Sequence record: NC_055708.1
Strand: one strand, 5' to 3'
Length of the DNA: 64,000 nt
Origin: Enterobacteria phage ATK47
Shown one piece after another: positions 41,155-50,087 of the stretch (positions are counted from its first letter, which is position 1; each line of letters begins with the position of its first letter). The translations under genes were made by a program, and so were the position numbers. The notes below the pieces were generated by a model. The model was given only the letters and a program-made list of their open reading frames with translations, made no database searches and had not been told where the DNA came from.

Positions 41155-41334
41155 ATGGCAAAACAAGCTAAAGCAAAGAAAGCAGTTGAAAAGAAAGTTG
41201 ATGGTACCTCTAAACGCGCTGGATACAAGCGTGGGTCGAACTCTCGTATTAATCAAACAGTTGAGAAGATCATGCGCAGAGCACGTGCAGTTCTTCGAGA
41301 TGATGCTTCTCGTTTTGGAAAGGTTGTTGCATAA
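41155..41334 (+). CDS. Small highly basic protein (59 aa)
   Basis: ATG 41155 after aaagagaa; Lys/Arg-rich translation MAKQAKAKKAVEKKVDGTSKRAGYKRGS...; followed directly by a UUCG terminator; below ORF-track cutoff. Confidence 0.4.
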   Translation: MAKQAKAKKAVEKKVDGTSKRAGYKRGSNSRINQTVEKIMRRARAVLRDDASRFGKVVA

Positions 41335-41339
41335 TTTTA

Positions 41340-41361
41340 GGGAGACTTCGGTCTCCCTTTT
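41340..41361 (+). terminator. Intrinsic terminator gggagacTTCGgtctccc + TTTTG
   Basis: Perfect 7-bp stem, UUCG loop, T-run. Confidence 0.7.
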
Positions 41362-41393
41362 GTGCGTTTAGGGCAGAAAAAGTTTAAAAAGAT

Positions 41394-41422
41394 GTTTACT
41401 CTCCTGTAGGATGTGTTACTAT
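41394..41422 (+). promoter_or_regulatory. T4-type early promoter
   Basis: GTTTAC 41394-41399, 17-nt spacer, TACTAT 41417-41422. Confidence 0.5.
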
Positions 41423-41464
41423 AGACTTGTACCATCTAATCAATAAAACAACCTGGAGAACAAA

Positions 41465-41833
41465 ATGAAAATCAATCTGAACTCATACATCAAATGTAAA
41501 GACCATGACGGTTATAAAGCTATCGAAATTAAAGAATTCCAGTGGATGTTATACAAAGAGCAATTTGAGTTCGTAGGTTGTATGACCCCTGAAGGTCCTT
41601 CTGATGATTTCTCTTGGAAAATTGTGTTAGCAAACTTTTTCACAGGTGACACATACGAATTAAAAACTATTATTACCGGTAAAATTCGTTCAGAAACATA
41701 TGTTGACGAAGAAACTGGTTACTCTGAAGATGTTACATGGTATCAAAATGGACGCATTACAGCAGATAACCTGATCGAAAAAATGAAAGCCAAAGGTGTT
41801 TTAAATTTAGACAATTGGATTAAAGTTGCATAA
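41465..41833 (+). CDS. Hypothetical protein
   Basis: 122-aa ORF with ggag RBS downstream of early promoter. Confidence 0.5.
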   Translation: MKINLNSYIKCKDHDGYKAIEIKEFQWMLYKEQFEFVGCMTPEGPSDDFSWKIVLANFFTGDTYELKTIITGKIRSETYVDEETGYSEDVTWYQNGRITADNLIEKMKAKGVLNLDNWIKVA

Positions 41834-41837
41834 AACA

Positions 41838-41877
41838 GTTTACTTTGGTACAGGTTATGTTATTATAGACCTGTACC
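41838..41877 (+). promoter_or_regulatory. T4-type early promoter with 8-bp inverted repeat ggtacagg/cctgtacc bracketing TATTAT
   Basis: GTTTAC 41838-41843, TATTAT 41861-41866. Confidence 0.55.
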
Positions 41878-41907
41878 AACAAACAACTTAAACATCCGGA
41901 GAATAAA

Positions 41908-42273
41908 ATGAACTACACCAACTTCGAACGCAAATATGTTTCTAACGGTATCGCTGGTTCTTCTGAAGTTATTTGCTTATGGAAACACGAAAACGGTACA
42001 GTTTGTGAAATCGAACAGTGCATGACTCCTAATTATGTTTATATGCGATTTGAAAATGGCATCACGGTTTCAATCACGATGGAAGGTTCAAATTTTAAAA
42101 TTGCATTAGATGATGATTTCCGTCAGCGCGATTTAGGTACTCATCCTTGCTGGAATGGTGTTAATCGTAAACTTCTGGTTAAAACCTGGATTCGTCATAT
42201 CCTGAGTAACCGAGCTAAACCTGAACATCTCGAAGCAATCTTTGATGTAGTTCTTAACGAATTTGATATCTAA
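41908..42273 (+). CDS. Hypothetical protein
   Basis: 121-aa ORF with ggag RBS. Confidence 0.5.
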   Translation: MNYTNFERKYVSNGIAGSSEVICLWKHENGTVCEIEQCMTPNYVYMRFENGITVSITMEGSNFKIALDDDFRQRDLGTHPCWNGVNRKLLVKTWIRHILSNRAKPEHLEAIFDVVLNEFDI

Positions 42274-42280
42274 TTTAACT

Positions 42281-42296
42281 GGGAGCTTCGGCTCCC
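42281..42296 (+). terminator. Stem-loop gggagcTTCGgctccc
   Basis: Perfect stem with UUCG loop; weak T-run. Confidence 0.5.
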
Positions 42297-42308
42297 ACTG
42301 AGGAAATT

Positions 42309-42923
42309 ATGTTTAAAGTTAATACTTTTTATAAAATGAATTTTAAAAATGGGGATATTACTCCACGCCTTAAAAACATGTTCTCATATGACCTTATCGA
42401 GCCTTTTGAAGTTTTAGAAGTTACTGATGCCGGCTCAGTTTGTGAAATTAGAACTTCTGAAGGTAAAATTTATCAGGCAGGTGTTGGTAAATTCAGTAAT
42501 TGTTTTACTTTAATATTCTCGACCGATTTAGATGAGCATTTTATTGAATGTCCTAACCCTAAGGTCCATGAAGTTCCATGGAAAGAAACTAAGAAAAATG
42601 GACCGCATGAATACACGAAGGTTGAAACTCCTCACGGCGATATGTGGCGTCATAACTCTCCTTTTGGAAGTAAAGGAACATTTGCTCAACTGCCTAAACC
42701 GTATGACGATGAAAAATACATCGTCGCCTTTTTATCTGAACAGGGTACTCAAGACCGTGGATGCCAAAGAAGTGGTTTACTAAGTGAACTTGAAGCTCAT
42801 AACCAAGCACGTGAATTCGTTGAGAAAAATCCTGGTTCTGAAGCTCTAGTCATGAAAGCAGTTACTCAATATATCACTGCTCAACCTATTGTTCATCCGG
42901 TAGAAATTAATTTCATTAAGTAG
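42309..42923 (+). CDS. Hypothetical protein
   Basis: 204-aa ORF, RBS gagga. Confidence 0.5.
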   Translation: MFKVNTFYKMNFKNGDITPRLKNMFSYDLIEPFEVLEVTDAGSVCEIRTSEGKIYQAGVGKFSNCFTLIFSTDLDEHFIECPNPKVHEVPWKETKKNGPHEYTKVETPHGDMWRHNSPFGSKGTFAQLPKPYDDEKYIVAFLSEQGTQDRGCQRSGLLSELEAHNQAREFVEKNPGSEALVMKAVTQYITAQPIVHPVEINFIK

Positions 42924-42953
42924 TTTACATCCAAGGACGGATTAGAGTATAAT
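42923..42953 (+). promoter_or_regulatory. T4-type early promoter
   Basis: GTTTAC 42923-42928, TATAAT 42948-42953 (spacer about 19). Confidence 0.45.
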
Positions 42954-42977
42954 GATTTCTTTAGTAAGTGGAAAAAT

Positions 42978-43175
42978 ATGAAATTTTTAATAGCACAAAC
43001 AGTCCAATTAAAAGGTGTTGGAATTCCTGGGGTGATTTTTAAAGTTCTCCCTGAATTTAAAACCGCCGCTGGAATTATCAATGAAGCGTATGCTGTTCAA
43101 TGGGTTGATTGGACTTCTGACATACGTATGGGTAAAGAGTTATCTCCTATTAAAGGGTTGAAACATGTTGAATAA
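42978..43175 (+). CDS. Hypothetical protein
   Basis: 65-aa ORF. Confidence 0.4.
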   Translation: MKFLIAQTVQLKGVGIPGVIFKVLPEFKTAAGIINEAYAVQWVDWTSDIRMGKELSPIKGLKHVE

Positions 43176-43377
43176 ATTAATCCAGAAATTGTTAGGTACA
43201 GAAATGATCGAAGTTACTTATCGTGTAACTGACTGCTCGCCTATTCATCCACAGGATGAACCATTTATCAAGACAATTAAAATGCTTAAAAATGACGGTG
43301 GTTTATCTATTGAAGACCGTCTGCCTAGTTACGGCCATTGGGCTGATGTTGAAATTATAAGTGTTAAAGATGTCTGA
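43165..43377 (+). CDS. Hypothetical protein
   Basis: 70-aa ORF. Confidence 0.4.
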   Translation: MLNKLIQKLLGTEMIEVTYRVTDCSPIHPQDEPFIKTIKMLKNDGGLSIEDRLPSYGHWADVEIISVKDV

Positions 43378-43828
43378 ATTAGAAATAAGAAGTAATTTCA
43401 AGTGGCCGTCATGTGCATTAAGTAACTTTGCTCAATGGCCTTTTGTTATGGATGGTATTCAATTCGGAGGTCTTGAAGGATTTCTCCAAGGATGTAAGGT
43501 GAAAAATGTTGAACAACAAAGACGTATATTTGGGTTGTCTGGATTGGCTGCACAGCAAGCTGGAAGGTCTTATGCAAGAGCTCAGGACCGTGGAACTCTC
43601 TTCTGGTTAGGAGTTCCGTTTTCAAGATACTCCGAAGCGTGGAAAGAATTATACACAAATGCATATTTTGAAGCCGCGATCCAAAATAAGGGGTTTCGTG
43701 ATGCCTTACAAGCCTCTAAAGGAAAAATTTTGAAGCACAGCATGGCTAGCCACCTAACAAAAGATGATACAATACTAACTGAAGCTGAATTTATTGATGT
43801 GTTAAACCTATTAAGAGACTCTTTATGA
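43361..43828 (+). CDS. NADAR-like (YbiA/DUF1768 family) protein
   Basis: 155 aa; ALSNFAQWPFVMDG closely matches the SNFAAWP...DG core of E. coli YbiA / NADAR domain (recalled). Confidence 0.5.
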   Translation: MLKMSELEIRSNFKWPSCALSNFAQWPFVMDGIQFGGLEGFLQGCKVKNVEQQRRIFGLSGLAAQQAGRSYARAQDRGTLFWLGVPFSRYSEAWKELYTNAYFEAAIQNKGFRDALQASKGKILKHSMASHLTKDDTILTEAEFIDVLNLLRDSL

Positions 43829-44640
43829 AGCCTACTATTTTGACTGATATTGATGGTGTATGTTTAAGTTGGCAATCTGGACTTCCTTATTTTGCCCAAA
43901 AATATAATCTTCCATTAGAACATATTTTAAAAATGATTCAGGACGAAAAATTTATTTCTCCTGGTAAACTATTCAATACCGACGATAACCTTGGTAAACA
44001 ATTAATAGAAAAATATAATAGCTCTGATTTTATTCGTTACTTAGCGCCTTATTCAGATGCTCTTCGAGTTATCAATAAACTAAAAGAAGACTATAATTTT
44101 GTAGCCGTGACGGCGCTAGGTGATTCAATTGATGCTCGATTGAATAGACAATTTAATTTGAATGCTTTGTTCCCAGGCGCTTTCTCTGAAGTAATGATGT
44201 GTGGTCATGATTCTTCAAAGGAACAATTATTCGAACTAGCTAAAACAAAATATAACGTGATTTGTTACGTTGACGATTTAGCTCATCACTGTGACCATGC
44301 GGCAGAAATTCTTAATGTACCGATTTATTGGTTGGCTCGTGGTGAACGTGATGATATTCCTCGCACTGCACAACGTGTACACACGTGGGATGATATTGAA
44401 TCTCGATTGGTTCCGCCAGAGCATAATTCAAATTCAGATCGTGAAGACCTTTTAAAACGATTGGCCGATTTGCTTAAAGAATCTGGTGCAACAAGTCCAG
44501 GTGCATGGCCTAATCAAATTGGCGCTCCGTCGAATCCGTATACCTGGCGAACCCCAGGACCAACTGATATGCGGCCATGGTGGACGATTCAAAACTTTCC
44601 TTTAGATTCGTCTAAATGGACTTGGTCTATAAATTGTTAA
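43825..44640 (+). CDS. HAD-superfamily hydrolase-like protein
   Basis: 271 aa; N-terminal HAD motif I ILTDIDGV; ATGA overlap with upstream NADAR-like gene. Confidence 0.5.
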   Translation: MKPTILTDIDGVCLSWQSGLPYFAQKYNLPLEHILKMIQDEKFISPGKLFNTDDNLGKQLIEKYNSSDFIRYLAPYSDALRVINKLKEDYNFVAVTALGDSIDARLNRQFNLNALFPGAFSEVMMCGHDSSKEQLFELAKTKYNVICYVDDLAHHCDHAAEILNVPIYWLARGERDDIPRTAQRVHTWDDIESRLVPPEHNSNSDREDLLKRLADLLKESGATSPGAWPNQIGAPSNPYTWRTPGPTDMRPWWTIQNFPLDSSKWTWSINC

Positions 44641-44649
44641 GGGATACTT

Positions 44650-44919
44650 ATGTTTGTAGTTCATGATATTACAGATGGCAAAAACACCACACGTGACTAC
44701 GGTCACGTTAACATGTTCTTTCGAGACTGGCCATTGTTTCGTTCAGTAAAAGACGCAGAAATATTTAAAGAGTGTGTTGAACAAGGGTTCATCTACATTT
44801 CAGAATACTATGTTGAAGGACTCGGTAAATGGATTACCACTTATCAGAAAACGCTGAAATCGCTTCTAGATGAAGTGGCTTATAATAGAACCGTAACCAA
44901 AATCGAGGACATCAAATGA
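44650..44919 (+). CDS. Hypothetical protein
   Basis: 89-aa ORF coupled to ligase gene. Confidence 0.45.
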   Translation: MFVVHDITDGKNTTRDYGHVNMFFRDWPLFRSVKDAEIFKECVEQGFIYISEYYVEGLGKWITTYQKTLKSLLDEVAYNRTVTKIEDIK

Positions 44920-46409
44920 TTTTAGATATTTTAAACCAAATAGCTGCGATCGGTTCTACTAAAACAAAACAAGAAATCCTTAAGAAAAATAAGGACAACA
45001 AATTACTTGAACGTGTGTATCGTTTAACATATGCACGTGGTATCCAGTATTATATTAAGAAATGGCCAGGACCAGGTGAAAGGTCTCAAGCGTATGGTCT
45101 TCTTGAATTAGATGACATGTTGGATTTTATTGAGTTCACATTAGCCACTCGTAAACTCACTGGTAATGCTGCAATTAAAGAGCTCATGGGTTATATCGCT
45201 GACGGTAAACCTGATGATGTAGAAGTCCTTCGTCGTGTAATGATGCGAGACCTTGAAGTAGGTGCTTCAGTGTCTATCGCGAATAAGGTGTGGCCTGGAC
45301 TTATTCAATTGCAGCCACAGATGTTAGCATCTGCATATGATGAGAAATTGATTACTAAAAATATTAAATGGCCTGCATTTGTCCAATTAAAGGCAGATGG
45401 TGCTCGTTGTTTCGCTGAAGTTCGCGATGATGGCGTTCAATTCTTTTCTCGTGCCGGTAACGAATACCATGGTCTTACTCTATTAGCAGATGAACTAATG
45501 GAAATGACTAAAGAAGCTCGTGAAAGACACCCTAATGGGGTTTTAATCGACGGTGAATTAGTTTATCATTCATTTGATATTAAAAAGGCTGTGAGCTCAG
45601 GAAATGACCTGTCGTTCTTATTTGGCGATAATGAAGAATCCGAAGAAGTACAAGTTGCAGACCGTAGCACTTCAAATGGTTTAGCAAATAAATCTCTTCA
45701 AGGGACTATTTCTCCTAAAGAAGCGGAAGGTATGGTTCTTCAAGCCTGGGACTATGTTCCTTTAGATGAAGTCTACTCTGATGGCAAAATTAAAGGCCAG
45801 AAATACGATGTTCGTTTTGCTGCTCTTGAAAATATGGCTGAAGGCTTTAAGCGAATTGAGCCAATTGAAAATCAGTTAGTTCGTAATCTTGACGAAGCTA
45901 AAGTGGTTTATAAAAAATATGTTGACCAAGGTCTTGAAGGTATTATCCTTAAAAACCGTGATTCATATTGGGAAAACAAACGCTCTAAGAATCTAATTAA
46001 ATTTAAAGAAGTTATTGATATCGCTTTAGAAGTTGTAGGATACTACGAACACTCTAAAGACCCTAACAAATTAGGTGGTGTCGAACTCGTATCACGTTGT
46101 CGTCGTATTACAACCGATTGTGGTTCAGGTTTTAAAGATACAACTCATAAAACAGTTGACGGTGTAAAGGTTCTTATTCCTTTAGATGAGCGTCATGATT
46201 TAGACCGTGAACGATTAATGGCTGAAGCTCGTGAAGGTAAATTGATTGGACGTATTGCTGATTGCGAATGTAATGGTTGGGTTCATTCTAAAGGCCGTGA
46301 AGGTACTGTAGGTATTTTCCTTCCAATTATTAAAGGGTTCCGTTTTGATAAAACAGAAGCGGATTCGTTTGAAGACGTATTTGGACCGTGGTCCCAGACA
46401 GGTTTATAA
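44916..46409 (+). CDS. 30: ATP-dependent DNA ligase
   Basis: 497 aa; adenylation motif I KADGAR (active-site Lys); position before alt as in T4. Confidence 0.85.
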   Translation: MILDILNQIAAIGSTKTKQEILKKNKDNKLLERVYRLTYARGIQYYIKKWPGPGERSQAYGLLELDDMLDFIEFTLATRKLTGNAAIKELMGYIADGKPDDVEVLRRVMMRDLEVGASVSIANKVWPGLIQLQPQMLASAYDEKLITKNIKWPAFVQLKADGARCFAEVRDDGVQFFSRAGNEYHGLTLLADELMEMTKEARERHPNGVLIDGELVYHSFDIKKAVSSGNDLSFLFGDNEESEEVQVADRSTSNGLANKSLQGTISPKEAEGMVLQAWDYVPLDEVYSDGKIKGQKYDVRFAALENMAEGFKRIEPIENQLVRNLDEAKVVYKKYVDQGLEGIILKNRDSYWENKRSKNLIKFKEVIDIALEVVGYYEHSKDPNKLGGVELVSRCRRITTDCGSGFKDTTHKTVDGVKVLIPLDERHDLDRERLMAEAREGKLIGRIADCECNGWVHSKGREGTVGIFLPIIKGFRFDKTEADSFEDVFGPWSQTGL

Positions 46410-46597
46410 TGAAAGCTTATTTAGAAACAGTTATTGTAGCTAAGAAGGATGGTGGAGATGTTTCCACCTCTTGCTCTCAGATTATATTAGATTTTCCTAA
46501 TGAAAATTCGTATCGGGTTTTCGTAGATAACGTTAATGGGTACGAAAAAGGCCCTAATTTTGAAGTTTATCGTACTTTGCTCCCGATTGTGGATTAA
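46388..46597 (+). CDS. Hypothetical protein
   Basis: 69-aa ORF overlapping ligase 3' end. Confidence 0.4.
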   Translation: MVPDRFIMKAYLETVIVAKKDGGDVSTSCSQIILDFPNENSYRVFVDNVNGYEKGPNFEVYRTLLPIVD

Positions 46598-46617
46598 GAG
46601 CCTTCGGGCTCTTTTTG
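46597..46617 (+). terminator. Intrinsic terminator agagccTTCGggctct + TTTTT
   Basis: Perfect stem, UUCG loop, T-run. Confidence 0.65.
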
Positions 46618-46652
46618 GCATAAATATAAATTATTACTAAAAGGAAAACACT

Positions 46653-48740
46653 ATGTCTGAACAAATAAACGAAGTGTTTGAATCTGAAGGCAGTCTTCCT
46701 GTCGTCAATTTGAACCCTAAAGCTAAAGTTCCACAAGTCTGGAAAATTGGTGATATCGATACAAACATCGTAGTTCGCTTATTCTCTTATCTTTCTGAAG
46801 GCGATGCCGTAAAACAAGTTAAACTTGGCGACAAATACGCTCATGTTGTTATTATGAGTCTATCTGAAAAGGGTAATCTCGCTGAATTGAAAAATGGCCT
46901 TGGTCCTGCTCCTATTGATGCAATCAACACTATTTTCAATACAGTATATGAACAGGTTAAAGCTCTTCGTATGGATGCAGTTCTGTTCCGATTCCCTACC
47001 AAGAAATTGAAAGGACGTGGACAACAGCTTCAAACTCTTCTTGCTCGTTTAGTTTCTACTAAAACCGGTGGTCGTTTTAAAGTATTGTCGGCAATGTATC
47101 AATTCACAGGTAAACACACCTATGTGATGATGGTTCGTAAAAATGCCAACATTGAAGATATTAAAGGCATCCCTAACATTAACACAGAGTTGTATACGAA
47201 AGTAGATTCTGATGTTGGCGAAGTTTATGTGAGTAAAAAGACCGGCGAAAAGGTCACCAAAGAAACGGCTATCGCTGGTTCTATTGCTGCTGTAGAAGAA
47301 AAACGTAAAGATAAGCCTGTTATTGCTCGTACTAAAATTTCTCGTCGTGCTATTGCAGCAAGTCAATCTTTAGAAGCTGACCGACAAGAAGGTGAGTTAT
47401 TCCAGAAATACGAAAATTCTGCTAAAGAAGTTAGTGGCCCAGCTACGGCCGAATTACTTCCTGAAGCATATGAAATCGTACTAGCCCAAGCATCGTCCAC
47501 AGCAAAAGGCACTTTAGTTGCTGATATCGAAAATAAGATTTATAATCGTATTGATGAATCCTTTAAATTTGCCGATGAAGTTTCTTATGGTAGTGTTATT
47601 AAGCCGACTTTAGAAAAGTTTGCTAAGAAAATTAAAACTGAAAAAACAACATCTGTTAAAGCATTAGCTGCTTTTGTTGAAGCTGCAAATGAAATTGCAG
47701 ACTCTATTAAAGACGAATGGTTTGAAGATTTTAGACGTGATAATTTCCAACTGCCTGACGACGTTTTAGCTGAAGTATCTGAAAGAACTTGGAAACAACG
47801 TAAATCAGCGTTCTTGTCTAATGTGATGTATACTTATGCCCGAGAATCGGCTAGAGGCACCTTTAATATAACAATGAATCGGGACCCTAAACAATACTCT
47901 GTTGCTGAAAAACGAGCTATTCGTGAATATGCCTCTTCTGCGTATACCGATATCAATAATATGTTGTTAGGTCGTTATAAACCGGATTTTTATGATGTTG
48001 CAGATGAAGATGAAGTTAAACGCGCTATTGATGGTCTTGATTCGGCGTTTTTAAATGGAGACCGTTTACCTGAAGGACTAACGTTATATAGAGCTCAGTC
48101 TATCAGAATGCCTATTTACGAAGCAATGGTTAAAAATAAGGTATTCTACTTCAGAAACTATGTTTCCACTTCACTAGCTCCTATTATTTTCGGTGGGTTT
48201 AAAGAGAACGTTGCCCTTGGACTTGCTCCTGAAGAAGTTCGCAAAGAGCTTAACATTGACAATAATGACGAAGGTGTTACTATTTCTCCTAGTCAAGTAA
48301 GAACAGCTATGCATGCACCAGAACAAATCCGTGTTAACGTTGGATGGGCTATCGATGGCGCCCATAAAGTTAACGTGATTTATCCAGGACAGTTGAGTAA
48401 CCACCCTAATGAGCAAGAAATTATTTTGCCTAGAGGCATTCTCTTGCAGATAAATAAAATTACAGATGCGTCATCTGACACCGGTGCAGGTTTAGAATCC
48501 AACCTTAAATTTATTCAAGCTGAAGTCATGTCCTCAGACCAGTTGGATGAAGCCGTCATTTATGATGGTGATGTTCTCATGGAAACAGGCGAGGTGGTTG
48601 CTATGACGGGTGAAATCGAATCGGATGAGCCGGTATCGTTCTCCTCATTTGTAGAAAAAACTAGTGCACCTAAAGGTTTGAAATTGTTAGCATCTTTAAT
48701 GGATTTAGAATCAGTTCCGTTTAAATTTGTCCAAGGATAG
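46653..48740 (+). CDS. alt: ADP-ribosyltransferase Alt (virion-packaged)
   Basis: 695 aa; R-S-E type ART signature elements YRAQS (Arg), YVSTSL (STS), EQEIILPRG (catalytic Glu) in C-terminal half; position between 30 and 54. Confidence 0.7.
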   Translation: MSEQINEVFESEGSLPVVNLNPKAKVPQVWKIGDIDTNIVVRLFSYLSEGDAVKQVKLGDKYAHVVIMSLSEKGNLAELKNGLGPAPIDAINTIFNTVYEQVKALRMDAVLFRFPTKKLKGRGQQLQTLLARLVSTKTGGRFKVLSAMYQFTGKHTYVMMVRKNANIEDIKGIPNINTELYTKVDSDVGEVYVSKKTGEKVTKETAIAGSIAAVEEKRKDKPVIARTKISRRAIAASQSLEADRQEGELFQKYENSAKEVSGPATAELLPEAYEIVLAQASSTAKGTLVADIENKIYNRIDESFKFADEVSYGSVIKPTLEKFAKKIKTEKTTSVKALAAFVEAANEIADSIKDEWFEDFRRDNFQLPDDVLAEVSERTWKQRKSAFLSNVMYTYARESARGTFNITMNRDPKQYSVAEKRAIREYASSAYTDINNMLLGRYKPDFYDVADEDEVKRAIDGLDSAFLNGDRLPEGLTLYRAQSIRMPIYEAMVKNKVFYFRNYVSTSLAPIIFGGFKENVALGLAPEEVRKELNIDNNDEGVTISPSQVRTAMHAPEQIRVNVGWAIDGAHKVNVIYPGQLSNHPNEQEIILPRGILLQINKITDASSDTGAGLESNLKFIQAEVMSSDQLDEAVIYDGDVLMETGEVVAMTGEIESDEPVSFSSFVEKTSAPKGLKLLASLMDLESVPFKFVQG

Positions 48741-48769
48741 TTTACAAACACATGGATGTGTGATACTAT
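48740..48769 (+). promoter_or_regulatory. T4-type early promoter
   Basis: GTTTAC 48740-48745, TACTAT 48764-48769, followed by ATGAGGAAAA RBS. Confidence 0.5.
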
Positions 48770-48798
48770 CATCCCATCAACAACATGAGGAAAACGTT

Positions 48799-49092
48799 AT
48801 GAAATCTATGCTTCGCTTTAATGGTCAAGAACTAGTAGTTGAAGATGTTATCCCGGCAGATGATGTTTTTAACGAAGCTGTGATTGACGAATTGAATCGA
48901 GTATTCCCAGGTGCATTCCATATTGCTATGGAACCTCTTAAAAACTTTCGTGACCCTGAGCACACTGATCAAATTTTTGTCGGTGTAGTGACAGGTCATT
49001 TAGAAACAGAGGTACCAATGGTCGTATTAGTTAAATACTCTAAAGATGATACTCCATTCCGAGCACCAGCATTCCTTTCATTCCGTAAATAA
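48799..49092 (+). CDS. Hypothetical protein
   Basis: ATG 48799 downstream of the promoter and RBS preferred over in-frame upstream start at 48727. Confidence 0.5.
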   Translation: MKSMLRFNGQELVVEDVIPADDVFNEAVIDELNRVFPGAFHIAMEPLKNFRDPEHTDQIFVGVVTGHLETEVPMVVLVKYSKDDTPFRAPAFLSFRK

Positions 49093-49100
49093 ACCCCTAA

Positions 49101-49123
49101 AGGGAGACGTTGTCTCCCTTTTT
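49101..49123. terminator. Bidirectional stem-loop agggagacgttgtctccct between convergent genes
   Basis: Perfect 8-bp stem flanked by A-run and T-run, between + ORF end (49092) and gene 54 end (49125). Confidence 0.6.
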
Positions 49124-49124
49124 C

Positions 49125-50087
49125 TTATAGTCCTAAAACTCTTGACGCAGAATTCACCACACCTGTCAATGTGTTTATATTAGACACACCTCCAGCAGTC
49201 CCACCTAATCTAGAAAGTCTTGATACTGCACTTCCTAGACCAGAATCATTCTGATTATTTCCAAACATTCCTGAAACACTACTAATAAGTCCTGATTCTA
49301 ACCATTCTAAAGCAGCCTGTCTATTTACAGCACCTGATTGCATAACGCGATAAGCAAATGTTACGTCAAAAACTGTTATTTGATTATCACCATCATATGT
49401 TAACTCAGGAGAAGAGACACTAACAGGAATACATCCAGTGAACATGACAGCGGTATGTGGTAAACCATTTCGTGCATGTAAATTAACCTGAATATCTGCT
49501 TCGACGTCTTGTGGTAAAGCACGAAGACCTGTTACAGGGTCTTGGACCGAGTTTACCCAGTCTTGCATTGCTCTAAAGTTAGATGCTTCGGAATCCATTC
49601 TAAAGCTTATTACTAATGGGTCCATTTCTCGGCCGGTAATTCGGATGTTCGGTGAGTTATAATTGAAATCCGTTTCATAAGATAATCGGTTCTCAGGCAT
49701 TTTTACAGAATAAATCATTAAACCTGTATTATTATATGCCATATTGAAGAAGTCTATCAGATAAGCTCCTACTGTGAACTCACCTAACAAGCTTTGCACC
49801 GTACGTTGACTCATTGCTCCAATCAGATATTTACTTATACCTGATTTTCGAATTAATTTCTGTGTTCCTGCTGTAATCAGGGTTGTTACGCCCTGATTGA
49901 TATCACCTTGAGTTAATCCTAGCCAATCGGAATCCAACCCTAAGTTATTATAAGCAAAACTACCAATTGACGAAATTAGTGAAGATGATTTGGTCGATGG
50001 TGTAGTAGCAAATACACAACTAAACATATTGTTTCGTTGGAAATCTGCATTTATAGCTTGGTTATTAAATTCTTCTAAAGAGTACAT
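49125..50087 (-). CDS. 54: Baseplate tail-tube initiator gp54
   Basis: 320 aa (T4 gp54 320 aa), synteny with 48-29-28-27-51. Confidence 0.7.
   Translation of the reverse strand: MYSLEEFNNQAINADFQRNNMFSCVFATTPSTKSSSLISSIGSFAYNNLGLDSDWLGLTQGDINQGVTTLITAGTQKLIRKSGISKYLIGAMSQRTVQSLLGEFTVGAYLIDFFNMAYNNTGLMIYSVKMPENRLSYETDFNYNSPNIRITGREMDPLVISFRMDSEASNFRAMQDWVNSVQDPVTGLRALPQDVEADIQVNLHARNGLPHTAVMFTGCIPVSVSSPELTYDGDNQITVFDVTFAYRVMQSGAVNRQAALEWLESGLISSVSGMFGNNQNDSGLGSAVSRLSRLGGTAGGVSNINTLTGVVNSASRVLGL

Noticed and set aside
41005-41256. Minus-strand 83-aa ORF
   Set aside because: It is antisense to the small basic + strand ORF and the promoter/terminator signals, with no RBS; judged spurious.
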